This document shows positions 29,723 to 40,076 of a stretch of DNA of 64,000 bases, one piece after another. Location: positions 352,001-416,000 of the forward strand of contig CAVVTZ010000009.1 of NCBI GenBank assembly GCA_963751275.1, written 5' to 3'. Within the stretch, counting starts at the first letter, position 1. Each line of letters opens with the position of its first letter. Below the pieces are notes generated by a model that saw only the letters and a list, made by a program, of their open reading frames with translations, was not told the DNA's origin and did not search any database. Position numbers and translations under genes: made by a program. Source of the stretch: an uncultured Gemmatimonadaceae bacterium. GTDB lineage: Bacteria; Gemmatimonadota; Gemmatimonadetes; Gemmatimonadales; Gemmatimonadaceae.

Positions 29723-30487
29723 CTACGGGACGATCACATGCGCGAGCGCGCTCCCTCCCGGCGCCGCGCTCCCCTCCTCGCGCACGAGCGCGCGGGACTC
29801 CGCCTCCAGCAGATGGAACGCGCGCAGCACGAGCGCCTCCAACTCGTTCACGGTGGCAATGGTCTGATACCCCATGCGTTCGCCGCCGGGGATGGCGTTC
29901 GTGAACGGCGCGGCGCCCTCCCGCCACGGATGCGCCGCGCGCTCGGCGAGCCCCGCGTCATCGATCGTGGCGTGATGCATGATGAGCGAGACACCGGGCC
30001 GTTCGGCGCGGAGGCCGAGCACGGCGAGGATGCGGAGCTCATGCGCGCCGTTCGGGAGATCGCGGGCGCAGACGAAGCATCCGTCCACGGGCTCGTACGC
30101 GGCGCCGGCGGCGACGCGCGCCCAGAGGCGCTGGTGCGGGAATTGGAGGTACGCCGCGGCGGGCGCGGCGAAGCGCCACCGTGCGGTGGAGTATTCCGGC
30201 GCGGTGAGGCGAGCCGTGGCGGCATCCGACAGCACGTACATGCGCAGGCCCGTGTCCCAGAGTCGCCAACTCTGCCAGAGCAGCTCGGCGGCCTGGTCGA
30301 GCGCCGCGGATTCCGCGTCGTCGGGCAGCATCTGCTTGAGCGCCGCGCCCGCGTGCGCGAGCAGCAGGAACGTATCGCGGTCGGCGCCGTCGCCGTGGCG
30401 CTGGGCGGTCTCGTCGCGCAGCGCGGGAAAGAAGTGGCCGGCGAGCGGCTCCATGAGCAGCTCGTACGGGGTGACGCGCGCGGTCAG
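29723..30487 (-). CDS. Hypothetical protein (start ATG 30454 or possibly CTG 30487)
   Basis: 243-254 aa ORF with normal codon usage, abutting the upstream gene. No recognised domain. Confidence 0.7.
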   Translation of the reverse strand: MTARVTPYELLMEPLAGHFFPALRDETAQRHGDGADRDTFLLLAHAGAALKQMLPDDAESAALDQAAELLWQSWRLWDTGLRMYVLSDAATARLTAPEYSTARWRFAAPAAAYLQFPHQRLWARVAAGAAYEPVDGCFVCARDLPNGAHELRILAVLGLRAERPGVSLIMHHATIDDAGLAERAAHPWREGAAPFTNAIPGGERMGYQTIATVNELEALVLRAFHLLEAESRALVREEGSAAPGGSALAHVIVP

Positions 30488-30948
30488 GGGCGGCCGTCCT
30501 CCACGCCGGCGACCTCGCGCAGGCGGCGGATCAGCTCGTGCAGCTGGTGCTCGGTGACGTCGATCTCCTGCGCGGCGCCGTCGAGATCGATGAGCCCCGC
30601 GCGCATCGAGATCGCCACCTGGTTCAGGTAGCGCACCTTGCGCAGGAACTCATCGGTGACCGAGCGCAGCGCGAGGAAGCGCCGCTTGTTCGCGGCGGCG
30701 CGCTTGTAGCGCGCGACGAGCTCGTCGCCGGTGAGGCGGCGCGCCTGCGCCACCACTTCATCGCGGCTGCGTCCCGGCAGCACGCCGCGGTCGGGAATGC
30801 CCGCATCCTCCCAATCCTCTTCCGCGTACCAGAGGCGCCCGACGTACTCGATGCCGTCATACGAGATCAGCACCGACACGCCGAACCGCTGGCCGCCGAC
30901 GCTGATCGTCGCGATGTGAGGCTGCACCGATTCTTCCGATGGTCGCAT
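30484..30948 (-). CDS. Hypothetical protein
   Basis: 154 aa, natural composition (YDGIEYVGRLWY...helical C-terminus), TAGGTT -10 box upstream. Confidence 0.8.
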   Translation of the reverse strand: MRPSEESVQPHIATISVGGQRFGVSVLISYDGIEYVGRLWYAEEDWEDAGIPDRGVLPGRSRDEVVAQARRLTGDELVARYKRAAANKRRFLALRSVTDEFLRKVRYLNQVAISMRAGLIDLDGAAQEIDVTEHQLHELIRRLREVAGVEDGRP

Positions 30949-30951
30949 GCG

Positions 30952-31869
30952 CTAGGAACCTATGGTCGCCGGGTCGGTCTGCGTGAGGAAGCGGCGGAGC
31001 GCCGCGAACAGCGCATCCGCGGCTTCAACGTAAGGCACATGGCCGCTCCCGTCGAGAACCTCGAGACGGGCGTGCGGCATGATCGACGCCGCGAGGCGGC
31101 TGGATTCGAGCGGGATCGGGTCCTCGCGGCCGTGCACGATGAGCACGGGGCAGCGGACGAGCTTGAGCGCGTCGCGAATGTCGTAGTCATCGAGACTGTC
31201 CCACACCGACTTCTGCACGCGGCCCGTCACGCGGAACGGGGTCAGCTCGCGCGCGCGCGCCGGATCGGCGAAGTAGCCGGCGACACTGATCTCGAACAGC
31301 CGCTGGCGGTACGACGCGGGGTCGCGGTCGCGGAGCCCGGTTGCGACCACCTGTGCGCGCAGCTGCTCCACTGCGCCGCCGGCCTGCCGCTCGGCGAGCT
31401 CGACTTCGAAATCCTCACGGAATTCCCGCGTGATCGGCGCGGGCGACATGAGTACCATGCGGCGAGGCGCGAGCGATGCGGCGGGGAGCGGCGGATCGCC
31501 GCCGCCGTTCGAGGCGATCGCGTAGAGCATCGCGAGCAGCCCGCCCCAGGAATAACCGATGATCGACGGCGCGCCCGCGATGAGCTCGTGCGCGACGAGC
31601 GCGAGGTCCAGCACCTGCGTGCGCCAGGTGACCGCTCCGGGGCCATCGTACTTGGACCGTCCGCCGCCGCGCTGGTCGTAGAAGACGAGCTCGTAGTCAT
31701 GCGCGAGCTCGAGCATCTGCGGCAGCATGTAGTCGTGATGCGCGCCGGGTCCGCCGTGGAGCAGGAGGAGCTGCGGCGCGCCGGGCGGGCCGTACTTCGC
31801 CCAATACAGCGGGAGCGACGTGGACTTCGTGAAGCCGGACTCGCGCGGTGGCGGGATCTCGTTGGGCAC
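30952..31869 (-). CDS. Alpha/beta hydrolase (proline iminopeptidase S33-like)
   Basis: LLHGGPGAHHDY, YDQRGGGRS, GYSWGG nucleophile elbow, HGREDPIP, SGHVPYVE. Confidence 0.9.
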   Translation of the reverse strand: MPNEIPPPRESGFTKSTSLPLYWAKYGPPGAPQLLLLHGGPGAHHDYMLPQMLELAHDYELVFYDQRGGGRSKYDGPGAVTWRTQVLDLALVAHELIAGAPSIIGYSWGGLLAMLYAIASNGGGDPPLPAASLAPRRMVLMSPAPITREFREDFEVELAERQAGGAVEQLRAQVVATGLRDRDPASYRQRLFEISVAGYFADPARARELTPFRVTGRVQKSVWDSLDDYDIRDALKLVRCPVLIVHGREDPIPLESSRLAASIMPHARLEVLDGSGHVPYVEAADALFAALRRFLTQTDPATIGS

Positions 31870-31957
31870 GCGGAACAATCGGGCCGCAGCGCGAGGGGGT
31901 CAAGTACGAAATACCGTTGACGGCAGACGTCGACTGGCGAATGGCGACTGACGCCCG

Positions 31958-32860
31958 CTACTGCAACGCGACCGCAACGGCGACGGTGTTGCGGTGGATC
32001 TCCACGGTCTCGGCGATGTCCTTGCCGTAGCCGCCGGCGATGGTGATCGCGACGGGGAGACCCACCTCGCGACAGGCTTCGAGCACCATCGCGTCTCGGC
32101 GCGCGAGGCCGTCCAAGGTCAGCGCGAGGCGGCCGAGCGCGTCGCGCTCGTGCGGGTCGGCGCCGGCGAGATACACGACGAGGCCGGGGCGCGCCTCGCG
32201 CAGCACGGCGGGGAGCGCGGCCGCGAGCGCCGCGAGGTACGCGTCGTCGCCGGTGCCGTCGGGGAGTTCGATGTCCAGCGAGCCCGCGACGCGCGTGAAC
32301 GGATAGTTGCGCGCGCCGTGCATGCTGAAGGTGTACACGCTCTCATCGCCCGCGAAGATCGCGTTCGTGCCGTTCCCCTGGTGCACGTCGAGGTCGATCA
32401 CCGCCGCGCGCGCGATGCGCCCCTCGTACTGCAGCGCGCGGATCGCGACGGCCACGTCGTTGAACACGCAGAACCCCTCGCCGTGATCCGCGAACGCGTG
32501 GTGCGTGCCGCCGGCGAGATTCATTGCGATCCCCCGCTCGAGCGCGCTGCGCGCGGCGGCAATGGTGCCGCCCACCGCGCGGTGCGAGCGCTCGACGAGT
32601 TCGGGCGACCAGGGGAATCCGATGCGGCGCATCGCGGCCGCGTCGAGCGTGCCGGCATCGAGCGCGTCCACGTACGCGGCGTCGTGCGCGCGCAGCAATT
32701 CTTCACGCGTCGTGCGCGGGGGATCATGGAGCCGGTCGCGCGGGATGAGCCCTTCCGCGAGCACGCGCTCGCGGAGCAGCGCGTACTTCGCGATCGGGAA
32801 GCGGTGCGCGGCCGGGAGCGGGATGACGTACGCGGCCGAGCTCCACGCGTGCAGCGTCAT
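31958..32860 (-). CDS. Histone deacetylase family protein
   Basis: HRFPIAKY, AGGTHHAFADHGEGFCVFNDVA, DLDVHQGNGT, AGADPHERDALG, AGGY. Confidence 0.95.
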   Translation of the reverse strand: MTLHAWSSAAYVIPLPAAHRFPIAKYALLRERVLAEGLIPRDRLHDPPRTTREELLRAHDAAYVDALDAGTLDAAAMRRIGFPWSPELVERSHRAVGGTIAAARSALERGIAMNLAGGTHHAFADHGEGFCVFNDVAVAIRALQYEGRIARAAVIDLDVHQGNGTNAIFAGDESVYTFSMHGARNYPFTRVAGSLDIELPDGTGDDAYLAALAAALPAVLREARPGLVVYLAGADPHERDALGRLALTLDGLARRDAMVLEACREVGLPVAITIAGGYGKDIAETVEIHRNTVAVAVALQ

Positions 32861-32879
32861 CCCGCCCCGCGGCCGGCGG

Positions 32880-34229
32880 TCAGGTGCCGCGCTTGCCGAG
32901 CGTGGCCGTGAGCGTCACGCGCTGGCCGTCGCGCATCACGACCACCTGCACGACATCGCCCGGCTTGTGCTTGGCGAGCGCGTCGGTGAAGGTGTAGATG
33001 TCCTTGATCGGCGCGCCGCCGAACTCCACGATGATGTCGCCCTTCTGCGCGCCCGCCTTCTCGGCCGGCGATCCGGCGCTCACGCCGGCGAGCTTCACGC
33101 CCACGACATCCACGGCGCCCATGTCGGGCACCGAGCCGAACCACGCGCCGTTGCCGCCGGGCCCGCGCGACGGCGGCGGCGCCTTCACGAACGTGAGACG
33201 CGTCGGCCGGTCGGCGAGTTCGCGGATGAGCGCGACGCTGTAGTCGATCACGCGCGCTTCCCCCTCGAAGTTGATCTTGCTCGCGATGTCGGTGGCGCGG
33301 TGGTAGTCCTCATGCTGGTCGGTGAAGAAGAAGAGCACGGGCACGCCGGCGCCGTAGAAGCTCGATTGGTCGGAGGGGCCGTAGCCGTCGCCGATGGCCG
33401 CGACCTGGAAATGCGCGACGGCGGTGTTCACGCTGTCCACCAGCGGCTTGAGTTCCGTGGCGGTGGCCACGCCGTACACGAGCAGCTTGTCGTTCCGCAG
33501 CCGGCCCACCATGTCGAAGTTCTGCATGATCTGCATGCTGTCGAGCGGCACCGGCGAGTGCTCCACGAAGTACTGCGAGCCGAGCAGCCCAAGTTCTTCG
33601 CCGGAGAAATTGAGCAACAGCAGGCTGCGCTTGGTGGGATGCTTCGCGAACAGCCGCGCGATCTCCATCACGGCCGCGGTACCCGACGCGTTGTCATCCG
33701 CGCCGTGGCGGATGGCGGTGCCCGCGTCGGGGTCCATCGAGTTGAAGGCGTTGCGGCCGAGGTGATCGAAGTGCGCACCGACCACCACATACTCGTTCCG
33801 GAGCGCGGGATCGGTGCCTTTGATGATCGCGACGACGTTCTGCGTGGGGAGCGATGACGGCAGCCCCGCGTGCGCGGCGGCGACGGACTTCGCGAAGAAG
33901 CGCTGCTGATAGTCCGGGGCGCACTGGAACCCTTCGGTGAACCCGGCCATGCATTGGACGATCCGTGTGCGCTGCTCAGGAGGAAGTTCGAGCTTGAGCG
34001 ACGTGTAGAGTCGCGCGATATAGGCCGCCGCGCTGTCGTTGCCCGCGGTGCCGGTGCCGCGCCCCTCGAGCGCATCGCTCGCGAGATACGTGATGTCCTG
34101 CCGGATCAGCGCGGTGTCCTGCAGCGCCGAGCGCGGCGCGGGTGCGATCGAGGAGCTGGGGCACGCGCTGAGCGCGAAGAGGAACGTCGCGCCGGCGAAG
34201 GCGGCGCGCGAAAGGCGGGCGGGGATCAT
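32880..34229 (-). CDS. M28 family aminopeptidase lipoprotein with C-terminal PDZ
   Basis: Lipobox LSAC, LASDALEGRGTG, GAHFDHLG, GADDNASG, SGEELGLLGS, NFDMVG, DYHRATD, PDZ. Confidence 0.93.
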   Translation of the reverse strand: MIPARLSRAAFAGATFLFALSACPSSSIAPAPRSALQDTALIRQDITYLASDALEGRGTGTAGNDSAAAYIARLYTSLKLELPPEQRTRIVQCMAGFTEGFQCAPDYQQRFFAKSVAAAHAGLPSSLPTQNVVAIIKGTDPALRNEYVVVGAHFDHLGRNAFNSMDPDAGTAIRHGADDNASGTAAVMEIARLFAKHPTKRSLLLLNFSGEELGLLGSQYFVEHSPVPLDSMQIMQNFDMVGRLRNDKLLVYGVATATELKPLVDSVNTAVAHFQVAAIGDGYGPSDQSSFYGAGVPVLFFFTDQHEDYHRATDIASKINFEGEARVIDYSVALIRELADRPTRLTFVKAPPPSRGPGGNGAWFGSVPDMGAVDVVGVKLAGVSAGSPAEKAGAQKGDIIVEFGGAPIKDIYTFTDALAKHKPGDVVQVVVMRDGQRVTLTATLGKRGT

Positions 34230-34284
34230 GTCGGATTGGGCTGGCGTGGTGAGTGACGGGCGACTGGGAGTATGTTATCGGGCA

Positions 34285-34872
34285 ATGCGCGCCACGGCCA
34301 GTCGGCTGTTCTCCCTTTCGACGCTCAGCCTCGCGCTCATCCCGCGCGCGGTGGCGCTGAACCTCGCGCTCGGCGCCATCGTGAGCGCGCTCAAGCTCCC
34401 CGTGTACCTCGATTCCGTGGGCACGATCCTCGCGGCGGCGCTCGCCGGCCCCTTCGCCGGCGCGGTGACGGGGGTGCTGTCGAACACCGTGCTCGGGCTG
34501 CTCGTGAATCCGGTGCTGCTCGCGTTCATCCCGGTGACGATCGTGATCGGCGTGCTCGCGGGGATCGCGGCGCGGCTGGGCGCGTTCAAGCGGCTGTGGA
34601 CCGCGGCGCTCGCGGGCGTCGTGATCGGCACCGCCGCGGCGCTCGCGAGCGTGCCGATCGTGATCGGGCTGTACGGCGGCCTGTCGCCCACGGGCACCGG
34701 CGTCGTGACGATGGTGCTGCGCGCGACCACGGGCATGTCGATGGAGACCGCGGCGAAAGTGTCGAGCGTCGCGACCGATGTGATCGACAAGCCGCTGAGC
34801 TGCGTGCTCGTGGCGCTCATCCTCGCGCGGCTGCCGGCGCGCATCACCGCTCGGTTCCGGAGCGGCGCGTGA
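34285..34872 (+). CDS. ECF transporter substrate-specific (S) component
   Basis: Highly hydrophobic 195 aa, LKLPVYLDSVGTILAAALAGP motif, coupled to EcfT and EcfA genes. Confidence 0.85.
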   Translation: MRATASRLFSLSTLSLALIPRAVALNLALGAIVSALKLPVYLDSVGTILAAALAGPFAGAVTGVLSNTVLGLLVNPVLLAFIPVTIVIGVLAGIAARLGAFKRLWTAALAGVVIGTAAALASVPIVIGLYGGLSPTGTGVVTMVLRATTGMSMETAAKVSSVATDVIDKPLSCVLVALILARLPARITARFRSGA

Positions 34873-35606
34873 GCGCACGCCTCGACCGCTGGAACCCGCT
34901 CACTCCGCTCGCGATCGCGCTGCTGCTCGTGACGGCGGCGTACACCGGGCCGGCGCCATGGACGGCGGCGCTCGCACTCGGGCTCGCGCTCGGCGCGGCG
35001 TGGTGGAGCGGGGCGGGGCGCCGGGTGACGACACTCGCCGCGGCGGTCGCGATCCCGACGTTCGCGCTGCTCGCGCTCACGAACGGCGTGCTCGCGGCGG
35101 AGCACGCGACTTCCGTGTTCGGCGCGCTGCGCTACGATCCGGATGGCGTGCGCGATGCGCTCGCGGTGTCGCTGCGGCTGGGCGCGGCGGTGGCGGCGCT
35201 CGGGACCTTCATCGCGGGCGTGGCGCCGCGGCGCCTGACGCGGGCGCTCGCCGCGCGCGGGATGCCCGGCTGGGCGGCGTATCTGATCGTCGCCTCGCTC
35301 GAGGCGGCGCCCGAGGCCAAGGCGCGGGCGCGCGAAGTGCTCGACGCGCAGCGCTGCCGCGGATTGTCGATGGGCGGCGGCGCGCTGGGCCGGCTGCGCT
35401 CGCTCGCTCCGCTGGTCGGTCCCCTCGTGGCCTCGCTCGTGACCGAGAGCGATGAGAGCGCGCTCGCGCTCGACGCGCGCGGCTTCGTGCCGGGGCGGCG
35501 CCGCACCGCGCTCACGCCGATCGCGGATCCGGCGGGGGAGCGCGCGCTGCGCCTCGTGCTCTGGTGCGCGATCATCGCGCTGCTGGCGTGGGGGGCGCTG
35601 CGATGA
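34869..35606 (+). CDS. ecfT: ECF transporter T component
   Basis: WNPLTPL start, DAQRCRG and ALDARGF (XRX) motifs. GTGA and ATGA overlaps on either side. Confidence 0.88.
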   Translation: MSARLDRWNPLTPLAIALLLVTAAYTGPAPWTAALALGLALGAAWWSGAGRRVTTLAAAVAIPTFALLALTNGVLAAEHATSVFGALRYDPDGVRDALAVSLRLGAAVAALGTFIAGVAPRRLTRALAARGMPGWAAYLIVASLEAAPEAKARAREVLDAQRCRGLSMGGGALGRLRSLAPLVGPLVASLVTESDESALALDARGFVPGRRRTALTPIADPAGERALRLVLWCAIIALLAWGALR

Positions 35607-37021
35607 GCGACCCGGTGCTCGAGCTGGCGCTCGAAGAAGCGCGCTATGGCGCGCGTGTGGCGCTGCGCGGCGTGACGCTCGCGATCGCGCGCGGTGAGAT
35701 CGTGGGCGTCGCGGGGCACGTGGGTGCGGGGAAGAGCACGCTCGCGCTCGCGGCGGCGGGGCTGCTCGAGCGCGCGACGCGCGCGACGATCGCCGGCGCC
35801 GTGCGGCATCCGGCCGGCGGCTCGCCGCCATCGTCGTTCGTGTTCGCGAACCCGTGGACGCAGCTCACCGAGCTCGGCGGCACGGTGGAGGAGGAGGTGG
35901 CTGTGGGCCCCGAGAACCAGGCGCTGCCGTCCGCCGAGATCCGCGTGCGCGTGGACCGATCGCTCGCGACGGCCGACGGCACGGCGCTCGCGCCGCGCAT
36001 TCCGCGCGAACTCTCCGGCGGCGAGCTGCAGCGCGTGGCGCTCGCGTCGGCGTTGGCGCTTGACGCGCCGCTCGTGGTGCTCGACGAACCCACCGCGCAG
36101 CTCGATCCCGAGGCCGCGCGGCGGTTCGCGACCGCCGTGCGCGCGCTCGCGGCCGGGGGGCGCGGCGTGCTCCTCGTGTCGCAGGATCTCGCGCTGCTCG
36201 TGTCCGTGGCATCGCGCGTGATCGTGCTCGCCGACGGCGCCGTGCTCGCAGCGGGCGATCCGCGCGAACTGCTCACGCGGCAGCCTCCGCTCGACGCGCG
36301 GCTGGGTTCCGTGGAGCGCGCGGCGGAGCGCGCTACCCTCGAGCGCGCCGCGGGCGAACCGCTGCTCGAGATCCGCGATCTGGCGGCGGGCTACGCGGAC
36401 CGCGACGTACTGACCGGCGTCTCGCTCACCGTGCCGCGCGGCGTGATCTCGGCGTGGATGGGCGAGAACGGAGCGGGGAAGAGCACGCTGGCGCGCGCCG
36501 TGATGGGACTCATCCCCGCACGTGGCGGAAGCGTGGCGGTGGGCGGCGTGCCGCTCGATGCGCTGCCGGTGGAAGTGCGCGCGCGCCATGTGGGGCTCGT
36601 CTTCCAGAACCCGGCGGCGCAGCTGTTCGGGCGCACCGTGCTGGACGAAGCGCTCTTCGGCCCGCGTGTGCTCGGGATACCCCGCGACGCGGCGCTTGCG
36701 GGTGCGCGCGAGGCGCTGGAGGCCGTGGGGCTTTTGGGCGAGCTCGAGACCAACCCGGCCGACCTCACGCCGCAGGCGCAGCGCCGGGTGGCGATCGCCG
36801 CGGCGATGGCGGCGCGTCCCCCGATGCTCATTCTCGATGAGCCCACCGCCGGGCAGGATGCGGCGGGCCGCGACTGGATCGCCCGGGCGCTCGGGATCCA
36901 GCGGACCCGGGGGGCGGCCGCCGTCATCACGCATGACCTTCCATTCGCCCAACGTCATGCCGGGCAAGTTGTTACGCTCGCCCAGGGGAAGGTGTCGAAT
37001 ATCAGGGATTACCGCGCGTAG
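35603..37021 (+). CDS. ecfA: ECF transporter ATPase, duplicated ABC domains
   Basis: Walker A GHVGAGKST and GENGAGKST, LSGGELQR, LDEPTAQLD / LDEPTAGQD. Confidence 0.9.
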   Translation: MSDPVLELALEEARYGARVALRGVTLAIARGEIVGVAGHVGAGKSTLALAAAGLLERATRATIAGAVRHPAGGSPPSSFVFANPWTQLTELGGTVEEEVAVGPENQALPSAEIRVRVDRSLATADGTALAPRIPRELSGGELQRVALASALALDAPLVVLDEPTAQLDPEAARRFATAVRALAAGGRGVLLVSQDLALLVSVASRVIVLADGAVLAAGDPRELLTRQPPLDARLGSVERAAERATLERAAGEPLLEIRDLAAGYADRDVLTGVSLTVPRGVISAWMGENGAGKSTLARAVMGLIPARGGSVAVGGVPLDALPVEVRARHVGLVFQNPAAQLFGRTVLDEALFGPRVLGIPRDAALAGAREALEAVGLLGELETNPADLTPQAQRRVAIAAAMAARPPMLILDEPTAGQDAAGRDWIARALGIQRTRGAAAVITHDLPFAQRHAGQVVTLAQGKVSNIRDYRA

Positions 37022-37101
37022 CGGCTTCACCGCTCTTGCGCGTATGCTTGTCGTCCGCGCTCGTTGCGCGGACGACAGCCTGCGCGCGCAGCCGGACTGC
37101 C

Positions 37102-38996
37102 ATGGATTATTCGCTCACATTCGCTCGCCACTTCGCCAGGCTCGTGTGGCTGCTGCTCAACGAAGGCCACGCCTTCGATGCGCAGATCGCCACGCTGCGC
37201 TCACTGGTGAACGTGTCGCGCGATGGTGAGGTGAAGATCACGACGAACGACTGGCGCCTGATGGCGAACGGCAGCCGCTGCCCGACCGTTTCACCGGCAC
37301 GCAGGATCTCGTCGCGCAGCTCATCGGGCATTCGGTGCTCGCGCTCAGCATCTCGCAGGGCGCATCGCCCGCGGATCTGCTGCTCGCGGCGCGCGTGCTC
37401 GCGAGCGAGGCGGCGCCGGGCGACGGCGGGCGCAACGTGATCGCGCGGCTCGCCGCGCTCGATGCGCACACGCTGCGCGTGGACATTGATCCGGCCGCGT
37501 TCGCGGAGGAGCCGAAGGCGGCCGCGCCCACGCCGGCGACCAAGACGCCGACGCCGGCGTCGGCCCCCGCGCCGCTGCGTGCGCGCACGCCGACGATGAA
37601 CATGGTGATCCAGCACGACGACGACATCACGGTGTTCAGCAACGAGGAGGATCTCTACGGCGCGGCGTCGCTCACCGGCACGCACAGCGTCGATCCGCTC
37701 GGCATGGCGCCGCTCAGCATCCTGACGCCGAACACGACGCCGGGGATCCCGGTCCTGGAGGGCGCCTTCGCGCCGACCCCGCCCGGCGGGATCTCCTCCG
37801 TTCCGCCGCTGCCCGACATGATCGACACCGGCCCGCCGCTCGAGCCGCTGCCGCCGCCCGAGCCGATCGCGCCCTTCCCCGAGCTCAAGCTCGACGAGCC
37901 CGAGATCATGCGCGGCGCCGACCCCGAGCAGGTGCTGCAGGCGAACACGGCCGTCACGCCCAAGGGCACGATGGTCAAGATGTTCGAGGCGCTCGACGCC
38001 GCGACCTCGTCCGCGAACGCCGCGAAGCAGCTCGAGCTGCTCGTGAAGCTCGCCACCGAGAGCGCGCGCAAGGAACGCGTGGACATGGTGGCCGACATCT
38101 TCTACGGCATCGTGAAGCGCGAGGACACGGTCGAAGAGAAATCGATCAAGCGGCAGTTCTCGATGTCGATCCGCCGCCTCTCGACGCCCAGCGTGCTGCA
38201 GTGCCTCGTGGAGCTGTTGCCGCGCCGGCGCGAGAATTACGACCAGTACATGGCGGTGTTCGAGAAGTCCGACGAGGCCGGCGTCGAAGCGCTCGTCGAG
38301 GCGCTCGTGGCCGCGCCGTCGATCCAGGACCGGCGCGTCTTCTACGACGCGCTCCTCCGCCTGCGCTCGGGGATCCGTACGCTGATGTTCATGCTCGGCG
38401 ACCCGCGCTGGTACGTCGTGCGCAACGCCGCCGAGCTGCTGGGCGAGATGAAGAGCATGGAGGCGGAGCCCGATCTCACGAAGCTGCTGCAGCACCGCGA
38501 CGACCGCGTGCGCACCGCGGCCGCGGCCGCGCTCGCGAAGCTCGGCGGCACCGCGGCGGTGCGCGGCATGCGCGCGTCGCTCGCGGGCGAGGCGGTGCGC
38601 GAGCGCGTCTCGGAGGCGATGTCGCCGCGCGAGGGCAGCTCGGTGGACTCGCTCATCCGCGCCGTGGACCGCGAGGAGGACAGCCGCGTGCAGATGGCGA
38701 TGCTCGCCGCGCTCGGCCAGCTCGGCACGCCCGCGGCCGTGGACAAACTGCTCGAGATCGCGCGGAGCGACCGCAAGCTGCTGGCGCGCAGCCGCCCCAC
38801 GCCGATGCGCGTCGCGGCGGTGCACGCGCTGGGCGACGTGAAGAGCAACACCGCGCATAGCGCGCTGCAGGCGCTGCTGCACGACAAGGAGAAGGCGGTG
38901 CGCGGCGCCGCGAGCTGGGTGATCATGGGGCGCCGCCGCGAGACCGGGCAGTGGCCCGAGGAGAACGGCGGCGGCGCCGCCGAGGACCAGGAGTAG
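37102..38996 (+). CDS. HEAT-repeat protein with Pro-rich linker (frameshift near 37275)
   Basis: DPRWYVVRNAAELLGE, HRDDRVRTAAAAALAK, DKEKAVRGAA HEAT repeats. N-terminus MDYSLTFARHFARLVWLL in an adjacent frame. Confidence 0.8.
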
Positions 38997-39008
38997 CGCC
39001 GCGCGCGC

Positions 39009-40076
39009 CTAGCGCGCGGTGAAGTCCGTCGCCGCGCTCACGCGCCGGCACACTTCCGCGATCAGCGTCGCCGCGCGATCGATGTCCTCCAGACTCACCA
39101 TCTCGCTCGGCGAGTGCATATAGCGGTTGGCCACGCTCACGAGGCCCGTCGCGATCCCCTCGCGCGCCACGTGGATCGAATCGGCATCGGTGCCGGTATC
39201 GCGCCCCGCGGCGTGCAGCGTGTACGGGATCTTCAGGTCGTCGGCAGTGGAGCGGAGCAGCCGGTGCACCACCGGGCTCACGACCGATCCGCGTGAGAGC
39301 ACGGGGCCGCCGCCCAGCGGATTGTCGCCGATCTCCTTCTTCTCGATGCCCGGCGTGTCCGTCGCGTGCGTGACATCGACGACGATCGCCATCGCGGCGC
39401 CGCTCGCCGTGGCGCTCACGCCGGCGCCGCCGCCGCGCCAGGAGATCTCCTCCTGTGTGGTGGCCACCGCGGTCACGCGCGCCTTGCCCGGCTTCTTCGC
39501 GTAGCGGCGCAGCGCCTCGAGCACGATGAACGCGCCGATGCGGTCGTCGATCGAGCGCGACACCAAGCGCCTGTTCGGGAACTCCATCGCGCGCGCATCG
39601 ATCACGCCGCAGTCGCCCACATCGAGATGCTTCTTCGCCTCGGCCTTGTTCTTGGCGCCGATGTCCACCCAGAGGTCGGAGAGTTGCGTGCCCTTGTCCC
39701 GGTCCTCCTTCTTCATCAGGTGGATCGCCTTGCGCCCCACCACGCCGAACACGTCGCCCTTGGCGCCGAGGAAGCGGATGCGCTGTCCCACGAGCACCTG
39801 GGCATCCCAGCCGCCGATCTCGCTGATGTAGAGGAAGCCGTCGTCGTCGATGTGCTGCACGATGACGCCGATCTCATCGATGTGGCCGGCGAGCATGATC
39901 GTGGGCGCGCCCTTGGCGTGCACTGTGGCGAGGGAATTGCCATGCGAATCGCCTTTGACTTCGGCGAAGGACTTGGCTTCGTCGCGCCAGACGCGCGCGG
40001 GGGCGGCCTCGAAGCCGGACGGGCCGGGCGTGTCGAGGAGTTTGCGGAGGAAGGTAAGCGAGGATTCGGAGAGCAT
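39009..40076 (-). CDS. M42 family metallopeptidase (TET aminopeptidase)
   Basis: PGPSGFE, AGHIDEIG, SIDDRIG, TTQEEI, VDVTHATD, GTDAD, RYMHSPSE. Confidence 0.95.
   Translation of the reverse strand: MLSESSLTFLRKLLDTPGPSGFEAAPARVWRDEAKSFAEVKGDSHGNSLATVHAKGAPTIMLAGHIDEIGVIVQHIDDDGFLYISEIGGWDAQVLVGQRIRFLGAKGDVFGVVGRKAIHLMKKEDRDKGTQLSDLWVDIGAKNKAEAKKHLDVGDCGVIDARAMEFPNRRLVSRSIDDRIGAFIVLEALRRYAKKPGKARVTAVATTQEEISWRGGGAGVSATASGAAMAIVVDVTHATDTPGIEKKEIGDNPLGGGPVLSRGSVVSPVVHRLLRSTADDLKIPYTLHAAGRDTGTDADSIHVAREGIATGLVSVANRYMHSPSEMVSLEDIDRAATLIAEVCRRVSAATDFTAR

Noticed and set aside
34230..34284. Vitamin riboswitch (cobalamin/TPP/SAM) ahead of the ECF transporter
   Set aside because: Only 55 bp separate the divergent genes and no aptamer consensus is visible.
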